Position numbers and translations under genes: made by a program | Source of the DNA: Bifidobacteriaceae bacterium | GTDB lineage: Bacteria > Bacillota_I > Bacilli_A > Erysipelotrichales > Erysipelotrichaceae | Assembly: GCA_963661415.1 (NCBI GenBank) | Contig: CAVLCI010000001.1 | Coordinates: 468 to 64,467 of the forward strand | Direction: 5' to 3' | Length of the DNA: 64,000 nt | Notes under the pieces: generated by a model | What the model saw: only the letters and a program-made list of their open reading frames with translations | Databases searched by the model: none | What the model was told of the DNA's origin: nothing | In this document: piece after piece, positions 30,008-39,857 of the stretch | How the letters are laid out: every line of letters starts with the position of its first letter | Position numbering within the stretch: position 1 is the stretch's first letter

Positions 30008-30700
30008 TCAATTGATTTTACTTGCGTCGTAAGTAACAGTTTTTCCTTCTGTTGTTGTTTGGATTACTGCAGTAACATCCATTCCGTTTTCTTTGAGAAT
30101 CTTTGTCATTTCTTCAACTTCAATAGTACCTGTTGCCTTCACAAAGAATTCTGCACCACGTTCTTCATTCTGATAAACGCCTAATGCTTCTACATTGGCA
30201 TCATTTTCAGAAAATAACGCAGCTGTCTTAGACAACAAACCAGGTTTATTTTCCATCTTAATAACAAATTTTGTACCTTGTTGTTTTAAACCAAGAAGAT
30301 CTACAAATGTTTTGAAAATATCTTTTTCTGTGATAATTCCAATAACCTTATTTGTTGTATCAACAACTGGTAATACATTAATACTTCCTTCTAACATTAC
30401 TTGTGCAGCAACTTCAACAAATTGATCCTCTGTAATTGTCTTAACATCTTTGATCATAATTTCTTCTACTGTTGTTCTAGACAATAAGTAGTTCAATTCA
30501 AAGATAGACAATGACGTTGTATTTTGACCAGAAGCTTCTGTAACTACACCTTCTGTAATCAATCCTTTTAAAACACCATTTCCATCTACTACAGGAACTC
30601 TATGAAAGTGTCCCTTCTGCATGATTTCCAATACTTTAGATACAGATGTATCTGGAGTTACTGTAATTGGATTTTTCGTCATATGATCTTTTACGTACAT
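30008..30700 (-). CDS. CBS + ACT domain protein (AcuB-like)
   Basis: Tandem CBS (MTKNPITV, GIITEKD) and ACT (NKPGLL); last gene of liv operon. Confidence 0.9.
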   Translation of the reverse strand: MYVKDHMTKNPITVTPDTSVSKVLEIMQKGHFHRVPVVDGNGVLKGLITEGVVTEASGQNTTSLSIFELNYLLSRTTVEEIMIKDVKTITEDQFVEVAAQVMLEGSINVLPVVDTTNKVIGIITEKDIFKTFVDLLGLKQQGTKFVIKMENKPGLLSKTAALFSENDANVEALGVYQNEERGAEFFVKATGTIEVEEMTKILKENGMDVTAVIQTTTEGKTVTYDASKIN

Positions 30701-30703
30701 AAA

Positions 30704-31408
30704 TTATCCTCCGAGGTAAGCTTTTCTTACCTGTTCACTAGCTGCCAATTCTTCGCCAGTGCCTTCTAATATTATTTTACCAGTTTCTAGAACATATGCA
30801 CGATTTGCGATACCCAATGCCATCTTTGCGTTCTGTTCTACTAACAATACAGTTGTACCATTTTTATTGATGTCCACAATAATTCTAAAGATTTCTTTTA
30901 CAAGTAATGGAGACAACCCCATAGAAGGTTCATCCAACAACAAAATCTTCGGTCTAGACATCAACGCTCTAGCCATGGCTAACATTTGTTGTTCACCACC
31001 GGATAATGTACCCGCAAGTTGCTTTTCACGCTCTTTTAAACGTGGAAACAATTCAAAAACATACTCTAAATCTTTTTCAATACCATCTTTATCTTTTCTA
31101 AAATAAGCACCAAGTAAAAGATTTTCTCGTACTGTTTGTTCCGCAAATACACGTCTTCCTTCTGGAACTTGTGCTAAACCATCTGTAACGATCTTATGTG
31201 CTGGGGTTTTTATTAAATCTTTATCATCTAATGTAATGGAACCAGAAGCAGGTTTCAATAAACCACTGATTGCGTGCATTGTTGTTGTTTTGCCAGCACC
31301 ATTCGATCCAATCAATGTAACGATTTCACCATCATTTACATGAAATGAAATTCCTTTGATGGCTTCGATCATGCCATACTTTACAACTAAATTTTCTATT
31401 TTTAGCAT
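30704..31408 (-). CDS. livF: BCAA ABC transporter ATP-binding protein
   Basis: GSNGAGKT, VPEGRR, LSGGEQQML, LLDEPS. Confidence 0.96.
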   Translation of the reverse strand: MLKIENLVVKYGMIEAIKGISFHVNDGEIVTLIGSNGAGKTTTMHAISGLLKPASGSITLDDKDLIKTPAHKIVTDGLAQVPEGRRVFAEQTVRENLLLGAYFRKDKDGIEKDLEYVFELFPRLKEREKQLAGTLSGGEQQMLAMARALMSRPKILLLDEPSMGLSPLLVKEIFRIIVDINKNGTTVLLVEQNAKMALGIANRAYVLETGKIILEGTGEELAASEQVRKAYLGG

Positions 31409-31419
31409 TCTCTAAGCCC

Positions 31420-32193
31420 TCACTCTCCAATATATGCCTTTACTACATCTTCATTCGCTTGAATTTCAGCAGGTAAACCTTGTGCTAATACTTGTCCAAA
31501 ATTTAATACTGTAATTCTTTCACAAATACCCATGACTAATTTCATATCATGTTCAATCAATAAAATAGAAATATCAAAATGATCACGAATCTTACGAATC
31601 ATTGCCATTAAGTCTTCTGTTTCTTGTGGATTCATACCAGCAGCAGGTTCATCCAACAATAATAGTTTTGGTTCTGTTGCAAGCGCACGTGCAATTTCTA
31701 GACGACGTTGTGCCCCATAAGGTAAGTTTCCAGCTGTTAAATTCGCAAAGGAATCTAATTCAAAGATTTTCAATAATTCCATTGCCTTTTCAGTAGCTTC
31801 TTTTTCTGCTTTGTAATATTTTGGTAATCTTAATACAGTTGTTAATAAACCATACTTCATAGAATTATGCATACCGGTTTTAACATTATCCAATACTGTC
31901 ATATTCGTAAATAAACGAATATTTTGGAATGTACGCGCTACACCTTCCATATTTGCTTGTACAGGATTCAATTTTGCCATATCTTTTCCCGCAAGAGAAA
32001 TCGTTCCTCTTGTAGGTTGATATACTTTTGTAAGCATATTAAATACTGTTGTTTTACCAGCACCATTTGGTCCAATCAATCCATAGATTTCACCTTTATA
32101 AATATCAAGATCCAAATCATTAACAGCTGTCAAACCACCAAAATCAATGCCAAGATTTCTAACTTCAAGAACTTTTTCACGTGTTTCACTCAT
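31420..32193 (-). CDS. livG: BCAA ABC transporter ATP-binding protein
   Basis: GPNGAGKTT, RTFQNIRLF, LPYGAQRRLE, LDEPAAG. Confidence 0.96.
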   Translation of the reverse strand: MSETREKVLEVRNLGIDFGGLTAVNDLDLDIYKGEIYGLIGPNGAGKTTVFNMLTKVYQPTRGTISLAGKDMAKLNPVQANMEGVARTFQNIRLFTNMTVLDNVKTGMHNSMKYGLLTTVLRLPKYYKAEKEATEKAMELLKIFELDSFANLTAGNLPYGAQRRLEIARALATEPKLLLLDEPAAGMNPQETEDLMAMIRKIRDHFDISILLIEHDMKLVMGICERITVLNFGQVLAQGLPAEIQANEDVVKAYIGE

Positions 32194-33241
32194 GTGCTTC
32201 AGCTCCTTCCTTTTTCTTTAATTTCGCAAAGAAAACTTTTACTTTTTCATTGTTTGTTAAAATCATCATCACAATCAATACGATTGCATAAACAAGCATA
32301 CGATAAGATGACAAGAATCTTAACATTTCAGGTAACATAACTAGTACTGTTGTTGCGATAATTGTACCCGTCATATTTCCTAAGCCGCCTAAAACAACAT
32401 ACACTAAAATTAAGATAGATGTATTAAAATCAAACTTCGTTGCCGCAACAGACGCATAATTCATCATATATAATGCACCTGCAGCACCACCTAATGCACT
32501 ACTCAAAACGAACGCTAATGTTTTTGTGTGTGATACATGAATACCAACCGTTTCAGCCGCAATCTTATTATCACGACAAGCTTGAATTGCACGACCTTCT
32601 CTAGAATCAATGACATTGTAAACAACTAGTAATGCCAAAATAATTAAAATGATGCCAGCTGTAAAAGTAGAAATCGCAGAATTACCTGTTACACCCATTG
32701 GACCAGAAATCACAACTTTGCCACCCTCTTGAAGTTGCATCGTATTATTAATAAATGAGAAATGAATTCCAGTAGAATCAACACCAACATATAAGTTATT
32801 GATTAAAGACATAATAATCTGTCCAAAAGCCAATGTAACAATTGCCAAATAGTCACCTTCCAACTTCAATACTGGAATAGAAATTAACCATCCAACAACA
32901 CCCGCAAAGATCGTACCTACAATAATACATAGAATCAAACGAATAATATCATTTGGAATCGTATTTAATAAACAAGCATTTACAACTGCAGCACTAAAAC
33001 CACCAAGTGCCATAAATCCAGCTTGTCCTAAATTCAATTCACCAGAAAATCCAACATTCATATTTAACCCAATTGCCGCAATAACATAACAACAAACAGG
33101 AACAAGTAAGGATGTAATCATTCTAGGAATGCTTCCACCTGCTTGTAAAAGTGTCATAACAACATAAGCAATCAAAACAAGTGCGAAAGAAGTTGTACGT
33201 CCTCTCATTTTAGGACTGAAAAGCGTTTTAACAAATTTCAT
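32186..33241 (-). CDS. livM: BCAA ABC transporter permease
   Basis: LGQAGF, GDYLAIVTLAFG, LGGLG; RBS GAGGTG before ATG 33241. Confidence 0.95.
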   Translation of the reverse strand: MKFVKTLFSPKMRGRTTSFALVLIAYVVMTLLQAGGSIPRMITSLLVPVCCYVIAAIGLNMNVGFSGELNLGQAGFMALGGFSAAVVNACLLNTIPNDIIRLILCIIVGTIFAGVVGWLISIPVLKLEGDYLAIVTLAFGQIIMSLINNLYVGVDSTGIHFSFINNTMQLQEGGKVVISGPMGVTGNSAISTFTAGIILIILALLVVYNVIDSREGRAIQACRDNKIAAETVGIHVSHTKTLAFVLSSALGGAAGALYMMNYASVAATKFDFNTSILILVYVVLGGLGNMTGTIIATTVLVMLPEMLRFLSSYRMLVYAIVLIVMMILTNNEKVKVFFAKLKKKEGAEAHE

Positions 33242-33252
33242 AACTGTACACC

Positions 33253-34122
33253 TCACACTTTAACATTCACTTTCTTACCTAATAAACCAGTAGGCTTAAC
33301 AAGTAAGATAACAATTAATACCATAAATACAATTGCATCTGACAATTGTGTAGAAATATAAGCTCTTGTCATATTTTCAATGACACCTAATAATAGTCCA
33401 CCTAAAAACGCACCAGGAATCGATCCAATTCCACCAAATACCGCAGCTGTGAAAGCTTTAATACCTGGCATAGAACCTAAAGTAGGATATACAGATGGAT
33501 ATGTTGCACATAACAAAATAGCAGCGATTGCAGCTAAACCTGAGCCAATCGCAAAAGTGATAGAAATAATCTTATTTACATTAATTCCCATCAAAGCAGC
33601 AGCTCCTTTGTCTTCACTACACGCACGCATTGCACGACCTGTTTTTGTATTGTTAATAAACAAAGTCAAAACAATCATAATAACAACACAACTCAAAATC
33701 GTAATCAATGTTAAATATGGAATACTTAATTCTCCAATCGTTAATGAACCAGATAAAATTGTTGGGAAGATTTTTGTATCTGTTCCCCAAAGTAACATCG
33801 CTCCATTCTGTAAGAAATATGAAACACCAATTGCCGTAATTAAAACAGATAAAGAAGATGCTTCTCTTAATGGTTTATATGCTAATCTTTCAACAACAAC
33901 ACCTAATACCGTACATACAACGATGGATAAAATCACTGCCAAAAATACTGGAAGACCAGCTCTCATCGCTAAATAAGCAACAAAAGCACCAACCATGATA
34001 ACGTCACCATGAGCAAAGTTCAGCATTTTCGCAATACCATAGACCATTGAATAGCCTAATGCGATAATTGCATAAACACTACCTAGTCCTAGCCCACCTA
34101 TCAAATAAGATAAAAAAGCCAT
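33253..34122 (-). CDS. livH: BCAA ABC transporter permease
   Basis: YAIIALGYSMVYG, NFAHG, GGIGSIPGA. Confidence 0.96.
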   Translation of the reverse strand: MAFLSYLIGGLGLGSVYAIIALGYSMVYGIAKMLNFAHGDVIMVGAFVAYLAMRAGLPVFLAVILSIVVCTVLGVVVERLAYKPLREASSLSVLITAIGVSYFLQNGAMLLWGTDTKIFPTILSGSLTIGELSIPYLTLITILSCVVIMIVLTLFINNTKTGRAMRACSEDKGAAALMGINVNKIISITFAIGSGLAAIAAILLCATYPSVYPTLGSMPGIKAFTAAVFGGIGSIPGAFLGGLLLGVIENMTRAYISTQLSDAIVFMVLIVILLVKPTGLLGKKVNVKV

Positions 34123-34199
34123 AGCTTACCCTCCTTTTATAAATAAGAAAGAAGGCTGTCATTGACAATGCAATCAACAGCCCTCATACACTTTAGATC

Positions 34200-35393
34200 T
34201 TATTCAGCACTTACGTAAGTACCGCCTTGAATTACAATAGCCTTAGGAGCCTTAGAAACTTCACCATTTTCGTTCCATGTTACGCTAGTACCTGTGATAC
34301 CATCGAAAGTCATAGAAGTGAATTCCTTAACTAAAGCATCTGTAATATCAGCTGTAGAATCAGAAGCAGAAACGCCTGAATTTTCTAATGCTTGAGCGAT
34401 TGCATATACACAATCATATGCATCAGCTGCGAACTGAATTGGAGTTTCTCCATAAGCTTCTTCATAAGCCTTTACGAAGCTTTGTGTCTTTTCATCTTCA
34501 GAATCAGCAGAGAATGGTGTAAGCATATATAAACCTTCAGCTAAATCTGTATCAAATCCTTCAAGAGATAAGATACCATCCATACCATCACATCCAAAGA
34601 ATGATGGAGTATAACCTTCCTTGTTAGCTTCTACAAGAATTTGTGAAGCTGGTTGATAATAAATTGGTAGGAATACGATATCAGCACCCGCATCTTTACA
34701 AGCCTTTACAGCTGTTGAGAAGTCTGTTGTACCATCTTGGAATGCTGCTTCCGCAACAACATCTAAACCTACTTCATCAGCTTCAGCCTTAAACTTCTTG
34801 TAGATACCTGTAGAATAACTATCATCATTTCTATAGATGATACCAACTTTTGTTCCTAAATCTGTATGTTCACTAATGTAATCAGCAGAAGCTACACCTT
34901 GGTTAGGATCTGAGAAACACATTTGGAATACATTTCCATAAGCACCTGTTTCGTTATCAGAATCAGAATAGATAACGGCTGGAGAAGATCCAGAAGGTGT
35001 GATAGCGAAGATGCCATCTTGTTGATAATATGGAGATACAGTTTGTCCTGCACCAGAAGTTGTAGTCGCAAGACTTACTTGCATACCCCAGTCAGCTAAT
35101 GTGTTATAAGCAGTAACAGCTTTTTCACCATCTGCTTCATCATCTTCAAACTTGAACTCAAGTTTTACTTTTCCTTCAGCGTTGATTTCATCAACAGCGA
35201 TTTGAGCACCACGTTGTACAGCTAATCCATACACTGCAGCGTCACCTGTAATAGGACCAGAACCACCTAATTTAAATGCACCGTCAGTAGATGCAGATGC
35301 TGTAGAACCAGCAGTTGATGATGAAGAACAGGCAACCAATGACATTGCCATTGCTGCAACCATTCCTCCTTTTAATACTTTACTAAAATTCAT
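34200..35393 (-). CDS. livK: BCAA ABC transporter substrate-binding lipoprotein
   Basis: Lipobox LVAC; GPITGDAAVYG, AVDEIN; first gene of liv operon. Confidence 0.93.
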   Translation of the reverse strand: MNFSKVLKGGMVAAMAMSLVACSSSSTAGSTASASTDGAFKLGGSGPITGDAAVYGLAVQRGAQIAVDEINAEGKVKLEFKFEDDEADGEKAVTAYNTLADWGMQVSLATTTSGAGQTVSPYYQQDGIFAITPSGSSPAVIYSDSDNETGAYGNVFQMCFSDPNQGVASADYISEHTDLGTKVGIIYRNDDSYSTGIYKKFKAEADEVGLDVVAEAAFQDGTTDFSTAVKACKDAGADIVFLPIYYQPASQILVEANKEGYTPSFFGCDGMDGILSLEGFDTDLAEGLYMLTPFSADSEDEKTQSFVKAYEEAYGETPIQFAADAYDCVYAIAQALENSGVSASDSTADITDALVKEFTSMTFDGITGTSVTWNENGEVSKAPKAIVIQGGTYVSAE

Positions 35394-35462
35394 TTCTTTT
35401 CCCTCACTTTTCTTTGTTAAGAATGATTATGATTATAGTACATTCCAAATATCGTTCAACAT

Positions 35463-35526
35463 GATTTTCACAGAAAATCCACATTTTTCTGAAAGATTTT
35501 TATTTTTCGTGAAAACTTTTTCACAA
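35463..35526. promoter_or_regulatory. CodY-like boxes upstream of liv operon
   Basis: Three TTTTC-N1-3-GAAA motifs about 20 bp apart, incl. ATTTTTCTGAAAGAT (3 mismatches to AATTTTCWGAAAATT). Confidence 0.4.
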
Positions 35527-35566
35527 ATAAAAACAGGAAGATGATTTCCTCCTGCTTTCATCAATC

Positions 35567-36829
35567 TTAGTTCTTTGTTTCTCTCCAAATTTTTGCACCT
35601 AGAGTCGTTAATTTTTTATCTAATTCAGAATACCCTCTATCAATATGATAAATATCTGAAATCGTTGTTATGCCATCCGCAATCAATCCTGCCACGACCA
35701 TTGCAGCCCCACATCTTAGATCTGTAGCGATTACATCCGTTCCCCCAAGTACAGTTGGTCCTTCAATATCTGCTTCTCCACTACGCACTTCAATATGAGC
35801 ACCCATTTTCGCTAGCTCATAACAATGCTTAAATCGTTCTGGGTATATTGTATCTTCTACTTTTGATTCGCCATGTGCTTGCGTCATTAATACTGTTAAA
35901 GGTTGTTGTAAATCTGTCGCAAAACCAGGATAAGGTTTTGTTGTGACATCTGTTCCTTTCAGATCTTTACTTTCTTCCACTTCAACGTAATCGACACCAA
36001 CATTCATCTTAACACCCATTTCTTCAAGCTTTGAAAGTAAAGAATCCAAATGTTGTGGAATCACGTTATTAATACGCATTTTTTTCGCACATGCTGCCGC
36101 AATCACAATAAAAGTTCCTGCTTCAATACGATCTGGAATAATTTCGTGGAAACATCCCATCAAATCATCAACACCATCAATCGTAATGACATTTGTTCCC
36201 GCACCACGTACTTTTGCGCCCATCTTATTTAATAAAGTTGCTACATCAATAATTTCTGGTTCTTTTGCGGCATTTTCGATTGTTGTACGACCTTTTGCGT
36301 AAACTGCAGCCATCATAATATTGATTGTCGCACCAACAGATGAAATATCCAAAAAGATCTTTGTTCCTTTTAATTCTTTCGCTGTAATGTCATAACAACC
36401 TTTTTCAAATTTCACTTCAGCACCTAATGCTTCAAAACCTTTGATATGTAAATCAATCGGTCTAGGTCCTAAGTAACATCCACCAGGCATCTTCATACGA
36501 ACATGTCCATATTTCCCAAGTAAAGCCCCCATGAAATAATAAGAAGCTCTAAGTTTTGTAACTGCATCTTGGACAAGATCTGTATTTTTCATGTGTGTTG
36601 GATCAATAATCAAATGATCATCCGCAACCTTTATTACTTCAATGTTTAATATATTTAATATTTCACACAAATTATTTACATCCGCAATTTGTGGAATTCC
36701 TACAATTGTTACTGGACCATTAGCTAGTACTGCAGCTGGTATCAACGCTACCGTCGCATTTTTCGCTCCAGAAATCGTTACTTCGCCTTCTAATTGATGG
36801 CCACCTTCTATCTTAATTACTTCTTCCAT
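35567..36829 (-). CDS. murA: UDP-N-acetylglucosamine 1-carboxyvinyltransferase
   Basis: SGAKNA, LRASYY, PGGC(YL)GPRP, PDRIEAGT, TDLR. Confidence 0.97.
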   Translation of the reverse strand: MEEVIKIEGGHQLEGEVTISGAKNATVALIPAAVLANGPVTIVGIPQIADVNNLCEILNILNIEVIKVADDHLIIDPTHMKNTDLVQDAVTKLRASYYFMGALLGKYGHVRMKMPGGCYLGPRPIDLHIKGFEALGAEVKFEKGCYDITAKELKGTKIFLDISSVGATINIMMAAVYAKGRTTIENAAKEPEIIDVATLLNKMGAKVRGAGTNVITIDGVDDLMGCFHEIIPDRIEAGTFIVIAAACAKKMRINNVIPQHLDSLLSKLEEMGVKMNVGVDYVEVEESKDLKGTDVTTKPYPGFATDLQQPLTVLMTQAHGESKVEDTIYPERFKHCYELAKMGAHIEVRSGEADIEGPTVLGGTDVIATDLRCGAAMVVAGLIADGITTISDIYHIDRGYSELDKKLTTLGAKIWRETKN

Positions 36830-36844
36830 GAATATACCTCTTCA

Positions 36845-37693
36845 TCACTTGATTTTCTTCTTTACATCATCAACATCAATGATCATCTTCATATTTTTTT
36901 CGTAATCTAAATTAAATATTTCCGCATATAAAATATTCATAATAAACTCCATCGCAATAGATGATCCAAATCCTGAAATCTTTGGTGTAGGTTCATAATA
37001 AGAAATAGAAATCGTTTCTGTTCCATATACAGAAAGTCCACCTTTATCAGGACCTGTAATAACGATCATCGGTATTTTTTTCTGTGATAATGTTTTAGCC
37101 ACTTTTAACATTGCATCTGAAGATTCACTATAATAAATAAACAAACCTATACTATCTTGTTCTTGTAAAACAGCTTGTCGAATATTAGAGCTTATTCCAC
37201 TTTCCATAAACGCCGAAAAATTTATGGTTCTTAATTTTCGTTGAAATTCATACGCTATTAAACTTGCATCATCACCAGCATAAATATACAATTTTTTTCT
37301 TTCATAAATCATCTTAGCGATTTTGTTAAGTTTATCAACATCAATAGAATTCCAAACTTCATTTAACGCACCAATAGATAATGCATATACTTTTTCCGCA
37401 AGTGTTTGTTTTGTATCCATCGCTTCAAATGGCAATGAAAAATTCAATTCTTTCCCATTAAAAACAAAAGTATCTAATTCTTTTGCCAATTGTACACACA
37501 ATTCTTTATGTCCCTTATAACCAAGTTTTTTACAAAAACGAATGATACTACTTTTAGAAGCATGTAATGTTTCTGCCAGTTCATTTAAAGACATATTAGT
37601 TGCTTCTTTGGAATGTTCTTGAAGAAAAATCGCTAAAGTACTTTCTGTCGGTGTTAGATTTTCTCTACTTCGTATCTTGTCAATAATTCTCAT
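36845..37693 (-). CDS. MurR/RpiR family transcriptional regulator
   Basis: LTPTE...SKSSIIRFCKKLGYKG HTH plus SIS domain. Confidence 0.92.
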   Translation of the reverse strand: MRIIDKIRSRENLTPTESTLAIFLQEHSKEATNMSLNELAETLHASKSSIIRFCKKLGYKGHKELCVQLAKELDTFVFNGKELNFSLPFEAMDTKQTLAEKVYALSIGALNEVWNSIDVDKLNKIAKMIYERKKLYIYAGDDASLIAYEFQRKLRTINFSAFMESGISSNIRQAVLQEQDSIGLFIYYSESSDAMLKVAKTLSQKKIPMIVITGPDKGGLSVYGTETISISYYEPTPKISGFGSSIAMEFIMNILYAEIFNLDYEKNMKMIIDVDDVKKKIK

Positions 37694-37766
37694 GGTAGTA
37701 TTTTACCATTATTTCACAATGAACTCCACTTTCAAAAAGAAAAGAAGCTTTCGCTTCTTATTCAAT

Positions 37767-38078
37767 TTAACCAAAGTTTTTCACAATTTCTTGAATCCAT
37801 GCAAAGATAACCATGATTCCTACAAATGTCCATAAATAGAGAGAAGGATCATTTAAATACAACTCATCTTTTTTCTTCCAAATCATATAGATTCCAACTG
37901 GAGGAAGAAAGATAACAAGTGCATACATCAACATATTCTTTTTACTTAAAGAACGAACTAATCTTTGTTGATCTTCAACACTTGTTGTATTTCTTGCACG
38001 TAATTCAGAACGAATCTTTTCGTTTTCTGCGTGAAGTTCTTCTTTTGTTAATTTTTTCTTATTTTCTCTTTCAGCCAT
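37767..38078 (-). CDS. Hypothetical small membrane protein
   Basis: Charged N-terminus, FLPPVGIYMIW and second TM. Confidence 0.7.
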   Translation of the reverse strand: MAERENKKKLTKEELHAENEKIRSELRARNTTSVEDQQRLVRSLSKKNMLMYALVIFLPPVGIYMIWKKKDELYLNDPSLYLWTFVGIMVIFAWIQEIVKNFG

Positions 38079-38178
38079 GTAAATATTATCCTATTTATTA
38101 CGTTGTAATTCAAGTTATTTTATGAAATTGAAAAAAGGAACTAACACATTGTTAGTTCCTTAAAATCATCAATTTTAA

Positions 38179-39552
38179 TTAAGCTTCTGCTTTTTCTTGA
38201 CGGTTTGCAGCGATGACAAATGGTGTATAGATCAATGTTGAAGAACCAATGATGATAACGATTTGCCAAATTGCACCCATGATATTTCCTGAAGAAGCCA
38301 AGAATCCGAAGACACCTACTGGAGTTGTCCATGGAACGTCAATCAAGAATAATGGGCAGAGTCCTAAGTATTGTACTAAGTAACCTAAGCATACAGATAC
38401 AACTGGTGCTAAGAAGAATGGTACAGCGAACATTGCGTTCATAACCATAGGAACACCGAAGATAATTGGTTCGTTGATGTTGAACAATCCACATGGGATA
38501 GATAGCTTAGCGATAGCCTTGAAGTCATCTCTCTTAGAGAATAACATAACAGCGATAATGAATCCCATTGTCAAACCAGAACCTGTTGATGAGAACCAAC
38601 CAGAAACGAATGGATTAGCGATAATGGAATACTTTTGGGAAGCTGTATAGAATACACCAGAAGCAGTTACACCTTCACCAGATTGATATAGTTCAAGGTT
38701 AGATGCCATCATCTTTGTCATAAATGGTGTTGTAACAGCACTCATAACGTTTGGACCATGGATACCGAACCACCATAGTAATTGCATGATCAATACTACT
38801 AATACATATCCTGGAAGACCTGTCATGATCTTTTCAACTGGGGACATGATTGTAGAAATGATATCGAACATTGTTAATCCGAATAGTGAGCAGATGAAAC
38901 CAACGATAGATACACATAATACTGTGATGATTGTTGGGAACAATACTGCGAATGATTGTGATACGTTTGGTGGAACTGAATCAGGAAGATTGATCTTCAA
39001 TTTTCCAGAATCAACCAACTTAACATATAACAATGTTGTTAAGATACCTACGATTAATGCTACGAACAATCCATCAGCCTTTGTATATGAAGAAGCTACT
39101 ACGTTTGAAATTGTAACTGTTTCTCCACTTTCTGTTGTTGTTGATGCTGTTGTATTCATTAATGTAACGAATGAAGCAAGTGCTACTGCTGGAACTGTCT
39201 TGTCATTAGCGTGTCCAATGTTTTCAGCATAATGCATGGAAACAAGTACACAGATAGCTACTGCCATGAAGTTCATACAGCCATAGTTTGCTGTTGTGAA
39301 AATTGGAGTTAAGGATTCCAACCATGCAAATCCTGGAACGTTAGCTAAAGAAATATAGTAAATCATTTCTCCAGTCTTAGGATCAGCGACACCTCCTGTT
39401 TGACACAAGACGAATTGGAATAGAGTACAGAATGCACCCCAAATGACGACTGGCATGTTGTCAATAAATGAGTCCTTAATTGCTGATAGGACTTTGTTTG
39501 ACTGCATCTTACCGGCTAAAGTAAGAAGGCCATTCATAAATTTGTCTTTCAT
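38179..39552 (-). CDS. PTS sugar transporter subunit IIC, lactose/cellobiose family (copy 1)
   Basis: AIKDSF, LPDSVPPNV, WFGIHG, FNINEPIIFG motifs. Confidence 0.95.
   Translation of the reverse strand: MKDKFMNGLLTLAGKMQSNKVLSAIKDSFIDNMPVVIWGAFCTLFQFVLCQTGGVADPKTGEMIYYISLANVPGFAWLESLTPIFTTANYGCMNFMAVAICVLVSMHYAENIGHANDKTVPAVALASFVTLMNTTASTTTESGETVTISNVVASSYTKADGLFVALIVGILTTLLYVKLVDSGKLKINLPDSVPPNVSQSFAVLFPTIITVLCVSIVGFICSLFGLTMFDIISTIMSPVEKIMTGLPGYVLVVLIMQLLWWFGIHGPNVMSAVTTPFMTKMMASNLELYQSGEGVTASGVFYTASQKYSIIANPFVSGWFSSTGSGLTMGFIIAVMLFSKRDDFKAIAKLSIPCGLFNINEPIIFGVPMVMNAMFAVPFFLAPVVSVCLGYLVQYLGLCPLFLIDVPWTTPVGVFGFLASSGNIMGAIWQIVIIIGSSTLIYTPFVIAANRQEKAEA
38615..39552. repeat. 938-bp segment identical to 40291-41228
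   Basis: Visual alignment at offset 1676 shows no mismatch from the ATG down to 38615; identical antisense 148-aa ORFs in the ORF track. Confidence 0.9.
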
Positions 39553-39592
39553 GTTTTTATTCCCCTTTCGACAACTTAAGTTTAAAAATTAA

Positions 39593-39607
39593 AGAAAGCG
39601 ATTTCAA
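39593..39607 (-). promoter_or_regulatory. cre (CcpA) site upstream of PTS IIC copy 1
   Basis: Minus strand TGAAATCGCTTTCT matches TGWAANCGNTNWCW. Confidence 0.6.
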
Positions 39608-39741
39608 TTAAATTTATATATTTTGGAAATTATTTTTCTGTTTTTCGATAATTTTTTGTCATAAAATGACTATTAATTCTTATTTTTGTCATTTTTATAT
39701 ACTTAAAAGCGTTTTCAAATAAAACTTTTTATCATTTTTGT

Positions 39742-39755
39742 GAAACTTAAGTTTC
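39742..39755. promoter_or_regulatory. Palindromic operator GAAACTTAAGTTTC
   Basis: Perfect 14-bp palindrome; variants at 39573-39582 and 41301-41315. Confidence 0.55.
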
Positions 39756-39857
39756 TTTTTTGTGGGAATTTCATGTGTTAATTGTCATATTTCGTGATAA
39801 ATAAGCAAAAAAAAGAACTAGACATATCATCTAGTTCTTCAATTAATTTTTCGAGAA

